From: Macrostomum hystrix
Lineage: Eukaryota > Animalia > Platyhelminthes
Assembly: GCA_950097015.1 (NCBI GenBank)
Contig: CATNEN010000001.1
Span: 19,840,001 to 19,904,000 of the forward strand
Length of the DNA stretch: 64,000 nt
Direction: 5' to 3'
In this document: one piece after another, positions 60,068 to 64,000 of the stretch
Numbering within the stretch: the stretch's first letter is position 1
Layout: each line of letters opens with the position of its first letter
Translations under genes and position numbers: made by a program
Notes under the pieces: model-generated
What the model was told of the DNA's origin: nothing
Seen by the model: only the letters and a program-made list of their open reading frames with translations
The model's database searches: none

Positions 60068-61859
60068 GGAAGTATATTGTGGCTGTCAAGAAATGCAGAT
60101 GAGTCTCCCACCAGCTTATCAAATTTTGTAAGTGCTGCGCTAGTCAGGGCTCCCACAGGAATTATTCGTACTGCAGTAGGTCCGAACACAACGCATTAGC
60201 GACCGAGCAGACCTTGGTATTTCTCTGAGTAAGTTAACCACGGATATGTCTTAAAGTGGAACGCAGTTGGCCTTCGAAGGTACTTTCCCTTGACTGTACC
60301 TGGGAATTTGTAGGTCTTGCAGTCTGGCTTCCAGTACCTTTCAACCAAGTCTTCGAGTTCACGTGGACTCAAATTAGCCAGCGGAACACAGCTTGAGCTT
60401 GACCCACGAAGAAGGTCAAAAGCCTTCCCAAAATCGTCACAGGGATGATCCGTCTGTACAGCAGAAACAGTGTCTCCACTGGATGCCTGACTTGTCAGCA
60501 ACAGTGAGGGCACAGAAAGTTAAGCCTCACGAGACACCTCTTGTATTTGACAAGGGTTGTCATTGATGCTGCTACTTTCGGTTTCAGCTGCATCTGCATG
60601 AACATTGTCGTCGTCGAAGCTAGTTTCAAGACGTGGTTGCTTAGACAAGCGTGGAAAAAATTAATCAATTCGAGACATAACTCTCTTGACATAACTGTAC
60701 TGTAAAAACTCAACTGTAATAAAGAGAAGATAACAAGACCCAACTGACCAAGTATAGAGCTTTTGTATGAGATTAAGGAGTGTTTGCGACCAAGTACAGT
60801 GTTTAGTGTTTGTATGATACTGTTCATTACTTCGTTATCCATGTACATTTGTACTTACTTGTCCAGCGCCTTGTGCAGCCATTTTGCTAGCCGTAAAGTG
60901 CAGGGCAACCCGGCGCCGAAATTTCGCAAACTCGTCGCCACTATTCATCAGAGCCTCCATCCTCTGCACTGACAGCTGCAGGCCGGTGCTTATTTTACCA
61001 TTACTGCTTCTTGCACCTGGGTTCCTGTGAGAGAATACAGATGTCGAAATTTGTGATTTGCAGACCAGCAAACTTATTTATTATAAGCAAGTAAGTTGGA
61101 AATTTAAGAGTTCTTTGAAAAGCAATGACTTTGGATAACTGTAACTTCATAAACTTACAGCACATAGAAAATATCCTCAGCAGTAAACTTTGATGGGTGT
61201 GGTCTTAATTCCGATGACAGCTTAAAGCATGGTATGAAATAGAAAATTTCATCTTCACCACAAGGAGTACATTCAAGCAGCTCAAGCTTGAGCTGCTCAG
61301 TCATGTTCTGAGCTGTGAGCTTGTCGTTGTGGCGCTGAGGCAGCTCAAGAGCTCAACTGTCACCTCAAGAGCTGACTGTACGTGGAGCTGCCACTCCAAT
61401 TGTTGCTGCTCAAATAGCTGCCGCTCCAGCTCAGGCTCTGACTGTTGCTGCTCTTGACTATTGACCATGTCTTGTTGCATATCTAGTGGCTCAGAATCAG
61501 AATCTAGGATATCCATATCCTGAAGGTTAGCTGCCTTCAATTGAGATTGGGCTATGAGCTGTTTGACTTCCAGCTGGTCAAGGCGGGTAAACTCGGCCTT
61601 TATATGGGCACACACTTTGCCAGGAGCATGGTGTGACTCAATGTCTTTGGCGGCCTACCTAGCTGTAGCTGCAGGTGCAGACATCCTTGACCTTTGGTAT
61701 TGTTGATGCAAACGCAATAGAAGTATAGATAGAACTAGAACTAGAACTAGAAGCAGCAGCACCAGCAGTAGCTCTGACGCCTCTAGCTAGTTCAATTCCA
61801 TTCAGTCAAGACTCTCACTCGACTCTCACAATGCGTCAACTATGTGGTGTGGTGTAGAC

Positions 61860-62956
61860 CAGGGGCGGGCAAACTTTTTGGAGTGAGGGCCAGTTGAGAT
61901 ATCTAGGAATGACTCGCGGAATAGGTGATTAAGATTACACAAAAGGAGCAAAATTAATGCATTTGATACAATTTAGGAGTTCAAAAGTGAGATTACAGTT
62001 AATACAGTTACCAATTATTACAGAAAAAAAGCTGGCAATGCAAATACAATTGCAACATGTTGCAAACTTCTATACCCATGAAAACACGTACATGGAAACA
62101 TTTGAATTAGTGAGAAGGGTGGTGGTGCTTGCCACGAACAATGGACTCAATGTAAGGCTCAATGGATGAGGTTAACAGCAAAAGGATATCGTTGAGATAG
62201 CGGTCAGACAGTTGAGAGCGAAGGCGAGACTTTGTGAAGTTCATCTTGGAGAAGAGCTGCTCGCAGCAGTAGGTGCTGCCAAACATTGCCACAATGCGCT
62301 GAACATGTGCAATGCAGTTAGTAAGCATGTGAGAAGGGACTGACGTCGAGGAAGAAAGCCAGCGGAGAAAAGGTGCAGAACTTCTCCTATAATTCATCGT
62401 TGCATTGCAGTTCCACCAGCTCCATCTGCAGAGGAGCAGGGGCGTCGCCCACAAGGAAGTCAAAGGGAGCGGTGAACAGCCTGAAGTCCGCAGCCAGCAA
62501 CCTGACTCCTGTGAAACGGCAGGCGAACTCTTCTCGCAGAGAAGTGATGACACTGACACACGTGTCCAGGTCAACATCGCCAGAGGCACAAGCAGCAAGG
62601 CGAGGAAAGTACGCAAACTGGCCGGCAGTCAGCTGAGCTTCCCACAAACGCAGTTTAACCTCAAAGGCAGTGATGTGTGCATGTATGTCTGTCACGAGAA
62701 TGTCTTTGCCTTGCAGCTTCACATTGAGGGCATTCAGGTGCGTAGTGATGTACGTGAGCAGCAGGGCCAGGCGAGCAAGCCATCGCGAATCAGAGAAGTG
62801 CTCAGCACAGGGATGGTTCTTCTGAGAGAGGAAGGTGGCAATCTCGTGCTGCAGGACGCACACACGAGAGATCATGGCCCCACGACTCAGACAGCGGACC
62901 TCACAGAAGAAGAGCAGGTCACCATAGTGTTGTACCTGTGGTAGCGTGGCACACAC
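61860..62956 (-). mobile_element. hAT Charlie/Buster (GTF2IRD2-like) transposase 3' part with TIR
   Basis: TIR CAGGGGCGGGCAAACT at 61860 preceded by GTGTAGAC (nTnTAnAn). Motifs EVRCLSRG, HLNALNVKLQG, AFEVKLRLW, LQMELVELQ and MFGSTYCCEQLFSKM..KS.LRS.L. Frameshifted. Confidence 0.9.
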
Positions 62957-63531
62957 AATTAGTGAAAATAACCAAGACAGGACACTAGATTCAGAGAGGA
63001 TTTATACCGGCCTCAACTCTGGTGCTTCGTCGCAGTGAAACAACCTGGTAGTCAGGCTAAAGATTGGCAAGTCTCCTCGTTACAGGGCCTTAATTTGGGA
63101 CACGGGGATCCTTTAAGTGTGGAAGAATTTCCAACTTAGTAAAATAGGGTACCTTAGTCTTGGTGACTTAGGCAGAAAAAAGGAAGTTAGAAGCTAGTAG
63201 TAGGCAAAGGGGGCCTTCTAGGACGAAAATTATCGCAGCCTCCTTAATGTACAAACCATTAGCTTTATTCTTCCCGAAGGAAAAAAGGTTCCCCGCCAAA
63301 AAAACCCGTCTCCATATTCTAAATTCTCTACTTTCCATATCAGTTTGTGAGTTGCATATCTGGGACAAATAATTATCGCAGCCTCCTTAATCCACAAACT
63401 ATTCGCGAAGTGATCAGGAAAAAAAGTGAACCTAAAAAGTGTGCCAAGACAATCAAATTAGCACTAAAATCCCAATCCCAAATCCCAGGACTATGACAGC
63501 TACTATAACTTTGCAGAAATCATTAGGCAGC

Positions 63532-63825
63532 TCACATTCTCTCAATGATCAACGTCAATACAAACTCTTCACCGTTGAAATCAACGCCAACCCTATCTTC
63601 AGTCTCAAACTGCAGCACAATCTCGTGAATCTCCTTATTACTTAGCACAACTCTTTTCACTGGATTTGGTTTCTCTACCAGCATCTGTCCTCCAGCAACA
63701 GAGTTAGAGATATTGTACAAAATATTCGTTCGCTTTCCCTTAAACACCCAATCAAGACTGAGATTACTTCTGATTAGAATATTCAAACCCTTTACAATGT
63801 CTGCGATATTGGGTGCTAAGAACAA
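63532..63825 (-). mobile_element. Possible Polinton/Maverick minor capsid (penton) C-terminal fragment
   Basis: ILIRSNL...GKRTNILY....V..G..LVEKP.P....L..KEI..I......D...VDFNGE...LTL.I follows the remembered pattern of Polinton penton C-termini. Truncated upstream by a stop. Confidence 0.45.
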
Positions 63826-64000
63826 GCAGCTTGAATAATTTTTTTCGAGCGTTTTAGACTACTCACATATGCAGAATAAATCTAACGTGTTAGACAAAAC
63901 AGACATACACAAACGCTTTAGCACGCGAGTGACTACATTGAAGACATATGCAGAAAAAATATTATGCGTTAGACAAAAGTCTTACGTCATGAAATCAAAG

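Larger units (their letters stand above)
54205..60513 (-). mobile_element. Degenerate hAT transposon (THAP12/ZMYM1-like transposase) with introns and nested LTR insertions
   Basis: Terminal CAGGCGTGGATCCAGG at 54205. Fragments in correct order: YPWLTYS zinc finger (60200-60300), GLPFRGHRDD...GLFRAL, ATYLSKITQN, IIADETTD, GQGYD.A.TMSG, YVHCSCHCLNL, CETHW, and TIPVTTATSEHAFS.L..LKTYLRSTM. Multiple stops and frameshifts. Confidence 0.88.

Noticed and set aside
61301-61615. Gln-rich 104-aa ORF
   Set aside because: Possibly the hAT element's N-terminal region, but low complexity and not assignable.

Overview
Eukaryotic, intron-containing animal DNA rich in minisatellites and transposons. The style resembles a free-living flatworm such as Macrostomum, but this is inference only. 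I reconstructed four spliced genes by hand with phase-consistent GT-AG junctions. They are an effector caspase (-, 130-3446), ARL16 (-, 5135-6266; absent from the ORF track), a beta-arrestin-like gene (+, 29831-31516) and EDRF1 (-, 34374-50488). A 1236-aa intronless alpha2delta/CACHD1-like VWA-Cache gene (+, 39949-43659) sits antisense inside an EDRF1 intron. The most striking region is 10.3-27.0 kb, a tandem array of five intronless paralogues encoding secreted proteins: signal peptide, Cys-rich PAN/apple-like module, then a LamG/ConA-like jellyroll. Their ~440-bp central core is nearly identical at the DNA level and shuffled as a mosaic between copies, while the leader and the C-terminal half are highly divergent. 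Two copies are intact and three are disrupted, making this a candidate gene-conversion-shaped recognition-protein family. Also notable are a 43-bp tandem array generating ~17 strong-context uORFs just upstream of the caspase ATG, a hAT MITE carrying a dispersed minisatellite, a nested TE stack at 54-64 kb, and a probable Polinton penton fragment. Family assignments come from motif recall, not database searches.
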